Assembly: GCA_001899335.1 (NCBI GenBank)
Contig: MOYE01000004.1
Location: 198,264 to 262,263, forward strand
Direction: 5' to 3'
DNA from: Candidatus Gastranaerophilus phascolarcticola
GTDB lineage: Bacteria > Cyanobacteriota > Vampirovibrionia > Gastranaerophilales > Gastranaerophilaceae
DNA: 64,000 nt
Below the pieces are notes generated by a model. It made no database searches and had not been told where the DNA came from. It was given only the letters and a program-made list of their open reading frames with translations. Shown one piece after another: positions 51,353-62,015 of this stretch. The translations under genes and the position numbers were made by a program. Position 1 is the stretch's first letter. Each line of letters begins with the position of its first letter.

Positions 51353-53948
51353 TCTTTTTCAGGCTTGATAAAAAGTTGTTGTGTTCAACGTCACCTTCAA
51401 CTTGGGTAAGGAACACTTGGGTATCTTCGTCCTTTGCGTCAATCGGCGGAAGGTCGGCAAGTTCTGATGCGTAATAATTTGCATCGTTTCTGCCGCTTAA
51501 TTTAACCTTGTTGGCGAGCGCATTCAGTGAGAAATTTCTCAAGAAACCCGCAAAACCTTTGTGATTGCTTGAAAATCTTGTATAAATTCTCAGTGACGCG
51601 TCTGCTTTTTCAAGATCGTAACGTCCGCGGATTAGAGCACTCAATGTTGGTGACGATGATTCAATGTTCATACGTTGAACAACATTGTCTTTTATTGTCA
51701 ACTCGCCATAAATTTTGTCAAATTTTCCTTCCGGAATATTAACAATATCCATAATTGTTGTTGGCGAAATCATTACGACAGGGTTTCTGAAAATTGAGGC
51801 TACTTTCATAAGGTATTCAACAAGCCCGATTTTGCCTATTGTTCCGTCATTGATGAGGAATTTTATAGAGCCGTTCATTTTCATTGAAGCATCGGAGGTT
51901 AACTCAATCAAACCGCTTGCCTTACCGGAAATTTCTTTGCTAAGGTTCAATAATGCCGTTGAGAACATATCGGAATTAACTTCTTTTACACCTAAGCGGA
52001 GGTAATATTTCAGGGTTTTAAGGTCGCAGTTTACTTTCAGCGTTGAAATTCCCTCTGCGATATCAAATTTATTTGATTGAAGATTGAATATTCCGTCCTT
52101 GTCGAGTGTCATTTTCGCTTCAATGTTGCCAAATGTCAGACCGTTATAAATACCCTCTTTAAGTCTGAAAACGCAATCTTCAATTACGATGAGATTGGTG
52201 TCAAACATAAAGTTATCATCTTTTTCCATATCTGCGTTGTCATCGGTGTTACTGTCACATTGTATGTTCGAGCCTCTGTCGTCATCTTCAGTGTAAGCAA
52301 CCGGAACCTCTTCTGTTTGCGGTTGTTGGTTATTCAGCGATTTTAAAAGTCTGTCAACATCAACTTTATCAAGGTTCATATCCAAATCCCTGATAACGAT
52401 AGGCATTATCATTTCATTTTTTATGACGCCTGAAACGTCATATTTTATACGTTTAAACCCGCCTTTTGCAGCGATTTTGATATCATCTTTGTTTGTTGTA
52501 AGAGTTGCATCTTTGATAAACAGGCGTTGTGACGGGATACGGGTTTTGGCAATTTGCATATTTGCTTTGACTTTTGGAATATTATTTCTGAACAAAACGT
52601 GCATATCGCCCTTGATTGTTCCGCCTTTGAACATTTTTTGACCGGCAAAGATATTTAAAAATTCACTTGGCATTTCTCTGCCAAAGCTAAATCCTGCCTC
52701 GTGAAGTTCGCCGGTTGCAATATCCATTTTGCCGTCAAATACAAGTATTGGGTCGATTTTACCCATACCTTTGTGGATATCCTGTGATATATAGTAGTTA
52801 ATATTTTTGATGTCGAGTTTATTGCCTTCAAGGGAGAATTCTCCTTTGACAGCTCTATCGTAGTCGTTCAGCGGTGACGGCGTGTCGTCAATACCAAAAC
52901 TTACACCTTTTGAAATTTTTGTAAGCCAGGTTATATTCATTTTGTTGTTGATTGCTTTATAAATCACGCGGGTCGGAATGTTTTGGGAAATTTTTATTGC
53001 GGTTCCGCCCATTAGGCTTGCGAGGTAGTCTGAAAGAAACTCGTTTGTTGCCACTGTGTCAATCGTGATATCTGAATCAAAGGTTTTGTAGTAATCCTTA
53101 ATCGTGCCGTCAATTTTGATTTTATTGGATTTATTTTTGCCGTAGTAGCCCTCAAAATTTGAGAAGACCATTTTGTCCGGCAGGATAGAGATTGTACCCT
53201 TTGGCATTACAAGCGGAAGTTTTGATAAGTCTTTGACGCAGGCTTTTGCATTTTTCATATTTACTTTACCGCTTATGCCTTTGTTGTTAAGGTGTATATC
53301 CATAGAAACCGCACCGGCAGGGTTTACAAGCGGAGCAAGCATTTCGCTGCCGTTAGGGATGAAAAGGTTTGAATTTACAAGTTCAAAAATATCCGCAACA
53401 AGTACGTTGTCAGATTTTGCGTTAATTTCCACATTCTGACCGTCAACCAGCGTTGTAAGAAGAACTTTGGACTTGTTATATTTAATAAGTCCGTCGTCAA
53501 TGCCGAGTTTTGCTTTTGAAATATCAAATTTCCAATCCGTTTCCGGCGCCGGCTGTGTTGTGTCAAACGCAGGAATCAGCTCAAGGGTATTGTTACCGTC
53601 TACGAAAAGTCTTTTGATTGTAAATGTATCAAGAGTAATTTCGCGTGCTAAAATTTTGCCAAAGTCAATTTGCGTGTCCAAACCTTTGACATTAATTAGG
53701 GCTTTATCATCCTTTTTTAATTCCAAATTATCAAGTGTAAACCCGATTTTTGGTGAAAAGTGTGTTTTTAAAACGGGTTTTTCGAGCGTCAGGCTCAAAC
53801 CTGTCTGTTTATTAACAATATTTTTCACCGCATTTATTGTAAAATCAGACGCGATAAATTTCGGGAGCAGGAGCAAATAGAATAAAAACCACGCTCCAAG
53901 CAGGCTTCCGGCTATAACTAAAATTAATTTTAACTTCTCTATATTCAT
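51345..53948 (-). CDS. AsmA-family / TamB-like large envelope-biogenesis protein
   Basis: 867 aa. N-terminal TM anchor followed by a long beta-rich region. The start of the soluble part resembles AsmA N-terminal regions. Confidence 0.65.
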   Translation of the reverse strand: MNIEKLKLILVIAGSLLGAWFLFYLLLLPKFIASDFTINAVKNIVNKQTGLSLTLEKPVLKTHFSPKIGFTLDNLELKKDDKALINVKGLDTQIDFGKILAREITLDTFTIKRLFVDGNNTLELIPAFDTTQPAPETDWKFDISKAKLGIDDGLIKYNKSKVLLTTLVDGQNVEINAKSDNVLVADIFELVNSNLFIPNGSEMLAPLVNPAGAVSMDIHLNNKGISGKVNMKNAKACVKDLSKLPLVMPKGTISILPDKMVFSNFEGYYGKNKSNKIKIDGTIKDYYKTFDSDITIDTVATNEFLSDYLASLMGGTAIKISQNIPTRVIYKAINNKMNITWLTKISKGVSFGIDDTPSPLNDYDRAVKGEFSLEGNKLDIKNINYYISQDIHKGMGKIDPILVFDGKMDIATGELHEAGFSFGREMPSEFLNIFAGQKMFKGGTIKGDMHVLFRNNIPKVKANMQIAKTRIPSQRLFIKDATLTTNKDDIKIAAKGGFKRIKYDVSGVIKNEMIMPIVIRDLDMNLDKVDVDRLLKSLNNQQPQTEEVPVAYTEDDDRGSNIQCDSNTDDNADMEKDDNFMFDTNLIVIEDCVFRLKEGIYNGLTFGNIEAKMTLDKDGIFNLQSNKFDIAEGISTLKVNCDLKTLKYYLRLGVKEVNSDMFSTALLNLSKEISGKASGLIELTSDASMKMNGSIKFLINDGTIGKIGLVEYLMKVASIFRNPVVMISPTTIMDIVNIPEGKFDKIYGELTIKDNVVQRMNIESSSPTLSALIRGRYDLEKADASLRIYTRFSSNHKGFAGFLRNFSLNALANKVKLSGRNDANYYASELADLPPIDAKDEDTQVFLTQVEGDVEHNNFLSSLKKIK

Positions 53949-53990
53949 AACAAAATTATACCATAAATTTTTTTATGCTATGATTTTATT

Positions 53991-54869
53991 ATGAAAAAGG
54001 TATTTTTAACATTATTATTTTTGGTTTTGTTGAACAACGCTGTGTTCGCGGCGGAAAACAGTGTTACGACTTACAGCGAGCGTGGAAAATTTGGTTTGAA
54101 AACGCTTGAGGGTACGGTTGTGACTGACGCGGATTATAAAAAATTAATTCGTGTTGGCGAGGGTGCCTGGATTATTCAAAAGGGTTCAAATTTCGGGTTA
54201 ATGGATAATAACGGGGAATACCTTATTAAACCTAAATATAAGACAGCCGAAAGAATTATCGGCAGGTTTGTGAAATTTGGCAGCGGCGGTGTTTACGGGC
54301 TTTATGACGATAAGGGGAATGCTGTTGTTGAGCATAAATATTCTTCTATAGATTTACTGTACGGAAGAATGTTTTTGGTCGGAAAGAATTACAAATACGG
54401 GTTAATCGGCTTTGACGGCAGAGTAATTTTGGAACCTGTTGTTGATGATATTTATATGCCGAAACCTAATATTATGAAAATTCAATATGACGGAAAGTGG
54501 TACGAAATCGAACAGATTGCGGGCGGCGAATTTGAGTTGCCGTCAGATATTCGTACAATCAGAGAAAATGAAAACTTTAAAGTTACCGAATTAATTTCAA
54601 ACCCGGTTCCGTCTGCGGGTTATGGTGTAGTAAGTGCGGGCGATTATTTTATAAAAGTTTTTTCATCAATTTCTCCTGCTTACGAACAGACTATTGATGA
54701 ACTTGTACTTAACCACGGTGCGGATGTAGCCGGAATTTTAATGAAATCAACCTGGCTTGCTAAGTTTCCGTTTGTTTATGCAAAAAACTATTTTCACACT
54801 GTAAAATCGCCTAATAACGGACCTCTTGCGGATGTTAAGGCTAATTTAAAAAGCAAAATTAAAGAATAA
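53991..54869 (+). CDS. WG-repeat (KWG) protein with signal peptide
   Basis: 292 aa. Repeated G(K/N)(F/Y)GL...G..(V/I)..P.Y units: GKFGLKTLEG, SNFGLMDNNG, GVYGLYDDKG and YKYGLIGFDG. Confidence 0.8.
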   Translation: MKKVFLTLLFLVLLNNAVFAAENSVTTYSERGKFGLKTLEGTVVTDADYKKLIRVGEGAWIIQKGSNFGLMDNNGEYLIKPKYKTAERIIGRFVKFGSGGVYGLYDDKGNAVVEHKYSSIDLLYGRMFLVGKNYKYGLIGFDGRVILEPVVDDIYMPKPNIMKIQYDGKWYEIEQIAGGEFELPSDIRTIRENENFKVTELISNPVPSAGYGVVSAGDYFIKVFSSISPAYEQTIDELVLNHGADVAGILMKSTWLAKFPFVYAKNYFHTVKSPNNGPLADVKANLKSKIKE

Positions 54870-55437
54870 GGTCGTACTGGCGCTTAATTTCCTGAATATC
54901 CTGCCACATAAGCCATTTAGGGCTGCCTTTTTCGCGTGAATCGTTGCGCAGAAGATAGGAGGGGTGAAAAATTGGCATCATTTTTGACCCGTAAGGACCG
55001 TCAAACCATTTGCCGCGAACTTTTGTTATTCCGCTTTGCAGCGGAAGCATTGAACTAAGTGCAACGCCTCCGCAGAGCAGAATAATTTTTGGCTGAAGAA
55101 TTTCAAGCTGTGCGTCTAAATACTCACGGCACGCCTCTTTTTCTTCGGGAAGAGGGTTTCTGTTATCAGGCGGACGGCATTTAATCGTGTTGCAGATATA
55201 AACATCGCGTTCGCGCGACAAACCCACAGATGCAAAAATTTTATCCAAAAGCTGACCCGCTTTGCCAACAAAAGGTTTTCCTTTCTGATCTTCCCAATAC
55301 CCCGGCGCCTCGCCGATTAGGACGAGTTTGTGGTTGGGTATTCCGTCTGCAAAAACAACGTTGGTACGCGTTGCGCAAAGGTTGCACTTCTCGCAGGTCA
55401 GACATTTTTCTTTGATTTTTGCTAACTTTTTTTCCAT
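54859..55437 (-). CDS. uracil-DNA glycosylase, family 4
   Basis: 192 aa. N-terminal Cys cluster CLTCEKCNLC, GEAPGYWEDQKGKPFVGKAGQLL and HPSYLLR. Confidence 0.9.
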   Translation of the reverse strand: MEKKLAKIKEKCLTCEKCNLCATRTNVVFADGIPNHKLVLIGEAPGYWEDQKGKPFVGKAGQLLDKIFASVGLSRERDVYICNTIKCRPPDNRNPLPEEKEACREYLDAQLEILQPKIILLCGGVALSSMLPLQSGITKVRGKWFDGPYGSKMMPIFHPSYLLRNDSREKGSPKWLMWQDIQEIKRQYDLIL

Positions 55438-55438
55438 A

Positions 55439-56173
55439 TTATTTTACATTGAATGTTACGTTTACAGTTGAGATAACTTTTTTCTCAATTGAAGATGTAT
55501 CATTGATTCCGTAATCGGAAACATCAGTTGAATTTACCGGAACGATTTGGAAAACGCCCATTCTTGCGCTATTCATTGTTCCGATTTTGCCATCTGTGCC
55601 GGCAACCATACTTTCTGCACGCGCTTTTGCGTTTTTGGTTGCTTCGCCGACCATCTTAACTTTGATATCATCAAGGTTTGAAACAAAATATTCAACATTG
55701 TTTGAGGTTACATTGATGTTTTTGTTGATAAGCACATCGGTTTTGGTTGAAACCTCTTTAATTTTTTGAATGTCTTTTGAAGAAACTTTTACGAATTGAG
55801 AAAGATTGTAGCCCTCAATTTCGTTTGAAGAATACGCGCCGTTTCTGCGGTAGTATTCGTAACTGTCGATTGTGCCGACTTCAATGTCTTTTTCATCCAT
55901 TCCGTTTTCTGTGAGGAATGATTTTATAGCTTTTACGTCGTTGTCAAGTTTTGCGTAACCGCTTTTCATATCAGGGGTTCTGGTTGCGATACGCAGTGAA
56001 AGCGTTGCAAAATCTGATGTAACGTTTTGGCTCGCAGAACCTGTTACACGAATTGTCTGGTTTTGAAGTTTTTGAAACTCAACAACAGATTTTGCGAGGA
56101 TTGTTGTTGAAAGCACAGCACCTGCTGCGATTAGTAAACCTACTATAATTACTTGATAATCTTTGAAATTCAT
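55439..56173 (-). CDS. SIMPL-domain (DUF541) protein
   Basis: 244 aa. N-terminal TM/signal helix. The size and the IRVTGSAS...Y pattern fit the SIMPL/DUF541 family. Confidence 0.7.
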   Translation of the reverse strand: MNFKDYQVIIVGLLIAAGAVLSTTILAKSVVEFQKLQNQTIRVTGSASQNVTSDFATLSLRIATRTPDMKSGYAKLDNDVKAIKSFLTENGMDEKDIEVGTIDSYEYYRRNGAYSSNEIEGYNLSQFVKVSSKDIQKIKEVSTKTDVLINKNINVTSNNVEYFVSNLDDIKVKMVGEATKNAKARAESMVAGTDGKIGTMNSARMGVFQIVPVNSTDVSDYGINDTSSIEKKVISTVNVTFNVK

Positions 56174-56176
56174 AGC

Positions 56177-57214
56177 TTACTCCTTAACTAAAAATTCTGT
56201 ATTTTCTACACGTGCCGCAAAATACGGTTTGTCTTTGCTTTTTTCCTTGAGGAACATTACAAACGGCTGGTCGAAGTCAAAATGACGGCTCATATCAGGC
56301 GCTAGGGACATTCTCATTATGCCGATTACGGCTTCGCTTTTGAGGGTTCCGCCCTTGTTGTCCATTTTGAACTTGATTGTTTGAAGCGCTTTTGTAATTT
56401 TGTATTCTGTTCCAATAATTCTTTTTTCGCAAAGTTCATCATAAGAAATTGTTTTGTCAATATCAATATTCGGAACTTTCAATGTGTCCGCGTGAGCAAG
56501 TTTTTCAGGCTTGGAAATTTTTGTTACATAGTCATAAAGCTCTGTAAAATCGCCCTCTTTGTCAGATTTTAAAAGAATTACTTCTTCATTTTCGTTTGTC
56601 AGAAGTTTTACCGCGTATTCGTCACCGTTGTAGTAAAGGACTTCGACGTTATCTCTGATTTTTTTGTCTGTGTCTTTATTGATACCGAAGTATTTAACGT
56701 TTTCGGCAGAACCCGCAAACGGCGCAGCCGCAAGAACGTTAAACGGGTTTAGGAACGTGAAATCTTTTTTCAGCATTGCGTAGAAAAGATATCCGTCTTT
56801 AACGTTCCAGTCAATCATATCAAGGACGTCGCTGGTTTCTTTGAATTTTTTATAGATTGCTTTTTCAATTTCTTTTTTAAGTTTCGGGCTGATTTCACCT
56901 TGTTTTTTGTAATAAGACTCTGGAGAAAGTACGTCAGCAGTGTAGAGTTTTTTGTTTAATTCATCGGCAATCGGAGGGTTTCCGCCTGCTAGTTGAACAG
57001 GTTTGCCGTGTGTGAATTTATCCATTAAATCGTTCCAAACAAGCTGGAATGTTACACACCACACTGAATCTTTGACGCTTTCGTAACCTTGCGTTACAGT
57101 AACGGCTGGTTTTTCAGCCTTTTGAAAGAACGGGAAACGAAATCCGCTGCATAATAAACTTGCGCCAATAAGTGCGCTGACGCCTAGTGTTGTCAAACTT
57201 TTGTCTAGTTTCAT
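56177..57214 (-). CDS. serpin-family protein with signal peptide
   Basis: 345 aa. The C-terminal FDFDQPFVMFL fits the PROSITE serpin signature. The hinge-like NKGGTLKSEAVIG is not Ala-rich. Confidence 0.65.
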   Translation of the reverse strand: MKLDKSLTTLGVSALIGASLLCSGFRFPFFQKAEKPAVTVTQGYESVKDSVWCVTFQLVWNDLMDKFTHGKPVQLAGGNPPIADELNKKLYTADVLSPESYYKKQGEISPKLKKEIEKAIYKKFKETSDVLDMIDWNVKDGYLFYAMLKKDFTFLNPFNVLAAAPFAGSAENVKYFGINKDTDKKIRDNVEVLYYNGDEYAVKLLTNENEEVILLKSDKEGDFTELYDYVTKISKPEKLAHADTLKVPNIDIDKTISYDELCEKRIIGTEYKITKALQTIKFKMDNKGGTLKSEAVIGIMRMSLAPDMSRHFDFDQPFVMFLKEKSKDKPYFAARVENTEFLVKE

Positions 57215-57307
57215 TTAATTAACTCCTTATCAACATAGCAATATTACCACAAATCCTATTGCGCTGCAATGTTCTTATGATAATATTGGGAAAAAGAGGG
57301 AAAAACA

Positions 57308-58732
57308 ATGTTAAAATCCAGCGGAATAAAAATAGTAGCAACGTTAGGGCCTGCGGTCAATAACGAACAAAAAATAGAAGAATTAATAAATGCGGGCGTG
57401 AGTATGTTTCGTGTAAATTCATCTCACTCAACGCCGGACGCGCACAAGGAAACCATTGATATGGTTAGAAAAGTTGCGGGAAAACTTGGTACAAACACAG
57501 CCATTCTGCTTGACTTGCAGGGACCGAAAATCAGGGTTGCAAAACTTGAGGAGCCAATAGAGCTTGTCGAGGGCAAACTTGTTCAACTTCGTCACGCGGC
57601 TGAATATAAAGATAATATTATTCCTGTTGATTATGAGGGTATTGCGCGTGATGTTAAGTCCGGCGACACGATTTATCTTGACGACGGAAAACTCGAGTTG
57701 CGCGTTAATAATACTGACGGTAACGTAATTACAGCGTCTGTAGTACGCGGTGGTTTGCTTAAGGCTAACAAAGGTTTAAACCTTCCCGGACGTACGGCGA
57801 GCTTGTCTGCGATTACCAAAAAAGATATTTCATATATTAAACTTGCTCTAGAATGGGGCGTTGATTATTTGGCGCTTTCTTTTGTGAGAACAGGGGAAGA
57901 CGTGTTGAAAGCAAAACACTGTATGGAAATGTACGGCGGATATATTCCGTTGATTTCAAAGATTGAAAAGCCGGAGGCGCTTGATAACATTGACGAAATT
58001 ATCAAAAATTCAGACGGAATAATGGTAGCGCGCGGCGATTTGGGTATTGAGATTTCAGCGGAAAAAGTTCCGGCAGTACAAAAAAGGTTAATCAAAGAGT
58101 GCAACGCGAAAAATAAGGTTGTAATCGTTGCGACTCAAATGCTTGAAACTATGATAGAACAGCCTATTCCGACGCGTGCAGAAACTTCTGACGTTGCAAA
58201 TGCAATTCTTGACGGTGCGGATGCGATAATGCTTTCGGGCGAAACCGCAGTGGGTAAATACCCTGTTGAGGCTGTTAAGATGATGTCAAAAATTTCTAAA
58301 AATCTTGAAGAAAACAATGTTATCCGCCACAATTATTTCTCAAGAAAAATGGAAGAATTTGACAATCAAGAGGCGTTTGCGATGTGCCACGCAATGGTTA
58401 CAATGCTTGAAACTTTGCCGATAAAAGCGATTGTTGCGTTTACGACAAACGGCTATACGCCTGCGCTTTTGAGTAAATCAAAACCAAGCGTTCCGATATA
58501 TGCTCTTGCGAAGAGTGAAACGGTATGCCGTCAAATGAACCTTTGCCGTGACGTAGTTCCGTATAGATATGATTGGCAGCAGGAAATCAGTATGACGACA
58601 TTGAAAGCCCTGAACGAGCTTTTGGTTGAGAAATTTGATATGAAGAAAGGCGACCAGGTAATCCTGACGGGCGTGGTTCCATACGTACCGGGTCAGACCA
58701 CAAACTTTATAAAACTGAAAACTATAGAATAA
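57308..58732 (+). CDS. pyk: pyruvate kinase
   Basis: 474 aa. IVATLGPA, MVARGDLGIEI, TQMLESM-like TQMLETM and MLSGETA. Confidence 0.95.
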   Translation: MLKSSGIKIVATLGPAVNNEQKIEELINAGVSMFRVNSSHSTPDAHKETIDMVRKVAGKLGTNTAILLDLQGPKIRVAKLEEPIELVEGKLVQLRHAAEYKDNIIPVDYEGIARDVKSGDTIYLDDGKLELRVNNTDGNVITASVVRGGLLKANKGLNLPGRTASLSAITKKDISYIKLALEWGVDYLALSFVRTGEDVLKAKHCMEMYGGYIPLISKIEKPEALDNIDEIIKNSDGIMVARGDLGIEISAEKVPAVQKRLIKECNAKNKVVIVATQMLETMIEQPIPTRAETSDVANAILDGADAIMLSGETAVGKYPVEAVKMMSKISKNLEENNVIRHNYFSRKMEEFDNQEAFAMCHAMVTMLETLPIKAIVAFTTNGYTPALLSKSKPSVPIYALAKSETVCRQMNLCRDVVPYRYDWQQEISMTTLKALNELLVEKFDMKKGDQVILTGVVPYVPGQTTNFIKLKTIE

Positions 58733-58733
58733 A

Positions 58734-59150
58734 TTAATACATCATGCACCCGCCGTGCAGTTTCAAGTTTTCGTTGACGTTTAGTTTGTCAAAATAAAGA
58801 ACTCCTAAAACTCTGTTATAGATATCAAGTCCTTTGAATTCTATTGAGGTTTTGGAGTTTTTATTTTGCGCGTACAATTCTTCGAGGTAGCGTTTTGAAT
58901 TTAAGCCCTTGTCAACGACTTCGTCGATTGATAAATTGTTTTGGTAAGCCTGCTTGTAGGCTCTGTTAATTTTGGCGGTTTCGTAGCAGTCGATGCCGAT
59001 AAGTCTAATTTTGAACTCATTTTTGTCAATCCGTGCGACGACGGTGTCGCCGTCGGAAATCCTTACCAGCTCGACCGGTGTGCGAACATCTGCGAACGTC
59101 GCCTGCGAAAATACTAATAAAAATAAAGAAATTTTCAAGAAATTTTTCAT
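58734..59150 (-). CDS. thermonuclease (staphylococcal nuclease-like), secreted
   Basis: 138 aa. Signal peptide, then VRISDGDTVVARI...IRLIGIDCYE. Confidence 0.85.
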   Translation of the reverse strand: MKNFLKISLFLLVFSQATFADVRTPVELVRISDGDTVVARIDKNEFKIRLIGIDCYETAKINRAYKQAYQNNLSIDEVVDKGLNSKRYLEELYAQNKNSKTSIEFKGLDIYNRVLGVLYFDKLNVNENLKLHGGCMMY

Positions 59151-59255
59151 ACTTTAACCTCGCCAAAATTAATCTATTAAGAATTTATCCATAATCCATT
59201 ATGAGATATTTATTACTATACGCTTATTCTAGTATGTACACAATAGTTCTTTTAA

Positions 59256-59594
59256 ATGAGATTGGAGATAATTTTGAGAAAGAAATTGTGTGCACAGGGC
59301 AATACTTGGCAACTTTATATCAATAAGACTTTTGTAAAAATGTTGGGAATTACAAAAGAAGAATATACAGTTCACATTGAGGCAGACGAAGAGGGCTTGA
59401 CAGTGAAGAAAGTCCCGAACGCTGAACTTGATAAGTACAAAGATTTGTTATGCAAAAAGTTAATCAAAAGAGGTTCTGCATACGGTTTGAACTTTGACGT
59501 TTCGTTACTTGAGTTGTTAGAAGTCAATCCTGAAACCGATGAAATTGATTTCAAAGTCATAGGTCAAACTATGTATATTAAAAAGGCGAAGTAG
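59256..59594 (+). CDS. hypothetical protein (112 aa), possibly two AbrB/SpoVT-like half-domains
   Basis: The segments YINKTFVKMLGITKEEYTVHIEADEEGLTVKKV and LNFDVSLLELLEVNPETDEIDFKVIGQTMYIKKA resemble swapped-hairpin units. The assignment is weak. Confidence 0.4.
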   Translation: MRLEIILRKKLCAQGNTWQLYINKTFVKMLGITKEEYTVHIEADEEGLTVKKVPNAELDKYKDLLCKKLIKRGSAYGLNFDVSLLELLEVNPETDEIDFKVIGQTMYIKKAK

Positions 59595-59600
59595 TAATTT

Positions 59601-59804
59601 ATGATTAAAAATAATGTTTCATCATTAATCGGTACGAGAAAAATGACAGTTGCAGAAACCGCCAAATTAGCGGGTGTCGCTTACAATACAATTTATAAAC
59701 TTTATCACGATGAAACGAAAGGCATTGATTTTAAGACTTTAAATCAATTATGTTATGTACTGGATTGCACGCCTAACGATTTGTTTAAGTATGTTCCGGA
59801 TTAA
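59601..59804 (+). CDS. XRE-family HTH regulator (YozG-like, 67 aa)
   Basis: RKMTVAETAKLAGVAYNTIYKLYHDETKGIDFKTLNQLCYVLDCTPNDLF. Confidence 0.8.
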   Translation: MIKNNVSSLIGTRKMTVAETAKLAGVAYNTIYKLYHDETKGIDFKTLNQLCYVLDCTPNDLFKYVPD

Positions 59805-59879
59805 TCCATTGAAATTCAGTGCCCTTGAAAATTTTTTATAATATATTATAATTTGATAAGTAAAAAACATAGGTAACTT

Positions 59880-62015
59880 ATGGATATTAAATTATATTTA
59901 GAAAAATTTACGGGCTTTATACACTCGCAATCCTTTGTTAAAGCCTTTTCATTCTTCGTTTTCACTATTATCTTAACAGCGCTTATTTCGTCTCAAAATT
60001 TCTTTTTTCAAAATACCGTCAAAAACGGTATCAGCCAAAAAGATATTTATGCACAAAAAACTCTTACCGTTATTGATACGCGCAGAACTGAACTTTTGAA
60101 AAAAGAAGCTGCAGGCAAAGTTGAACCGATTTTAACTCCAACAGAAGATAACTTCGTCAGAATTAATTTCAGCACGTTGCAAAATTCTATTGAAAATATC
60201 AGGCTTGAAGACATTCCTGACAGCCAAAAACGTGAAAAATTGGAAGTCTTTTTTGACCTGCCGAACTCAAGAAAAGATTTTGTACTTGATTTCCTCTTGA
60301 AGTCCGATAGTGAAAGTTTGAGTGAGGCTTTCGCTAAAGCTAACCAAACTTTGGAAAAGGTTTTGGAAGTCGGTATCACCGAAAACGATTTCGCTGAAAA
60401 TGATGTTGCAAAAATTATTAAGAAAAATTTGGTAAAAGACATTTCTAAACGCCAAATTTCAATAATTACGGCACTTTTGGAGCAGGTAATCGTTCCGAAC
60501 CTCGTTGTTGATGAGTTTGCGACAAATATTGCACGCCAGAACGCGCAAAGTACTGTTAAACCTTATGAAATGAAGTTCCAAAAGGGCGATTTAATCGTTT
60601 ATAAAGGCGAACCCGTTACCAAACTTAAACGCGACGCTCTGCGTCAGGCGGGCTACAACGTTTATGAACTCAATTTCCCGGGGCTTGTTGCAATGTTTAT
60701 TATCGTTGCGCTGGGTACAATGATTTACCTAGCTTATATGAAGTTCTTTGAAAAAGAATTTCTTGAACCTAGATATCTTTCGGTTTCCGCGTCGCTCTCA
60801 ACTCTCGTCGTTGTTATCGCAATGCTCTTGCCGTCAGGCGCTTCACCTTACATTTTGCCTATTCCGGCGTATGTATTTATTCTCGCAATCTTTACTACCC
60901 CGAGAATTGCTTTCGTTGCAGGCACTGTACTTTTAACAATACTAACTATCGGTTTTCAATATAATTCACCGTTCTTGTGTACATTCATTTTATTAACAAT
61001 GATTTCCACAATCGCGATTTCTAAAATTCGTTACTCAAAACGTATGGATCTTTTGAAAGTCGGATTTTTCGTATCCGTTGCCGGCGTTTTGATTGCTGTT
61101 AGTATTTTCTTACTCGAAAAATGTCTGATTGATGTAAGCAGCTATCTAATCTTAAAAAATATAGTTTGCCTGATGATTAACGGCGTTTTAAGCTCTATCA
61201 TTGTTCTTGGAACTCTGCCGTTATTTGAAAGCACTTTCAAAATTATTACGCCGTACGGGCTTTCAGAATTGGGCGATGCGAACCAGCCGCTTTTAAGACG
61301 TCTTCAATTTGACGCTCCGGGAACATATCACCACAGCTTAATGGTAGCAAATCTTTGTGAAGCCGCAGCAGAGGCAATCGGCGCTAACCCGGTTCTTGCA
61401 CGTGTAGGCTCACTTTATCACGATATCGGTAAGTTGAAACGTCCGCTGTTTTTCGTTGAAAACCAATCTTATTTCAAAATCGAAAACCCGCATAATAATT
61501 TCACGCCGCGTATCAGTAAAATGATTATTACGGCGCACCCGAAAGACGGTATTGAACTTGCAAAAGAATATTCTCTTCCACAGGCAATTCAAAACTTTAT
61601 TACACAGCACCACGGTCAGGGTTTGGCAAGCTACTTCTATAATCAGGCGATAAAAGAAGAGGGCGCGGAAAACGTTAAGGAAGAACAATTCCGCTACACA
61701 GGTCCGAAACCAAACACGAAAGAAACCGCAATCCTTATGCTTGCAGACGCTGTGGAATCTGCTGTGCGTTCGCTTGATAATCCGACGCAAGAGGAAATGG
61801 AAGCTGTTATCGACAAAATTATCATGGATAGAATTACCGATGGTCAGCTTTCAGACAGTCCGCTTACTCTTCTTGATATCAAAACAATTGCGGCAACGTT
61901 CACAAGAATTTTGCGCGGTATGAAACACAACAGGATTAAATACCAGGACGACGAACTCGAAAAGAAAATTAAACAACTGGAAGAAAAAGAAAATAATAAT
62001 GATAAACAAAATTGA
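59880..62015 (+). CDS. pgpH: 7TM-HD (HDIG) membrane phosphohydrolase, PgpH/YqfF family
   Basis: 711 aa. Extracellular N-domain, seven TM helices and a C-terminal HD domain (HHSLMVANL and LYHDIGK). Confidence 0.9.
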   Translation: MDIKLYLEKFTGFIHSQSFVKAFSFFVFTIILTALISSQNFFFQNTVKNGISQKDIYAQKTLTVIDTRRTELLKKEAAGKVEPILTPTEDNFVRINFSTLQNSIENIRLEDIPDSQKREKLEVFFDLPNSRKDFVLDFLLKSDSESLSEAFAKANQTLEKVLEVGITENDFAENDVAKIIKKNLVKDISKRQISIITALLEQVIVPNLVVDEFATNIARQNAQSTVKPYEMKFQKGDLIVYKGEPVTKLKRDALRQAGYNVYELNFPGLVAMFIIVALGTMIYLAYMKFFEKEFLEPRYLSVSASLSTLVVVIAMLLPSGASPYILPIPAYVFILAIFTTPRIAFVAGTVLLTILTIGFQYNSPFLCTFILLTMISTIAISKIRYSKRMDLLKVGFFVSVAGVLIAVSIFLLEKCLIDVSSYLILKNIVCLMINGVLSSIIVLGTLPLFESTFKIITPYGLSELGDANQPLLRRLQFDAPGTYHHSLMVANLCEAAAEAIGANPVLARVGSLYHDIGKLKRPLFFVENQSYFKIENPHNNFTPRISKMIITAHPKDGIELAKEYSLPQAIQNFITQHHGQGLASYFYNQAIKEEGAENVKEEQFRYTGPKPNTKETAILMLADAVESAVRSLDNPTQEEMEAVIDKIIMDRITDGQLSDSPLTLLDIKTIAATFTRILRGMKHNRIKYQDDELEKKIKQLEEKENNNDKQN

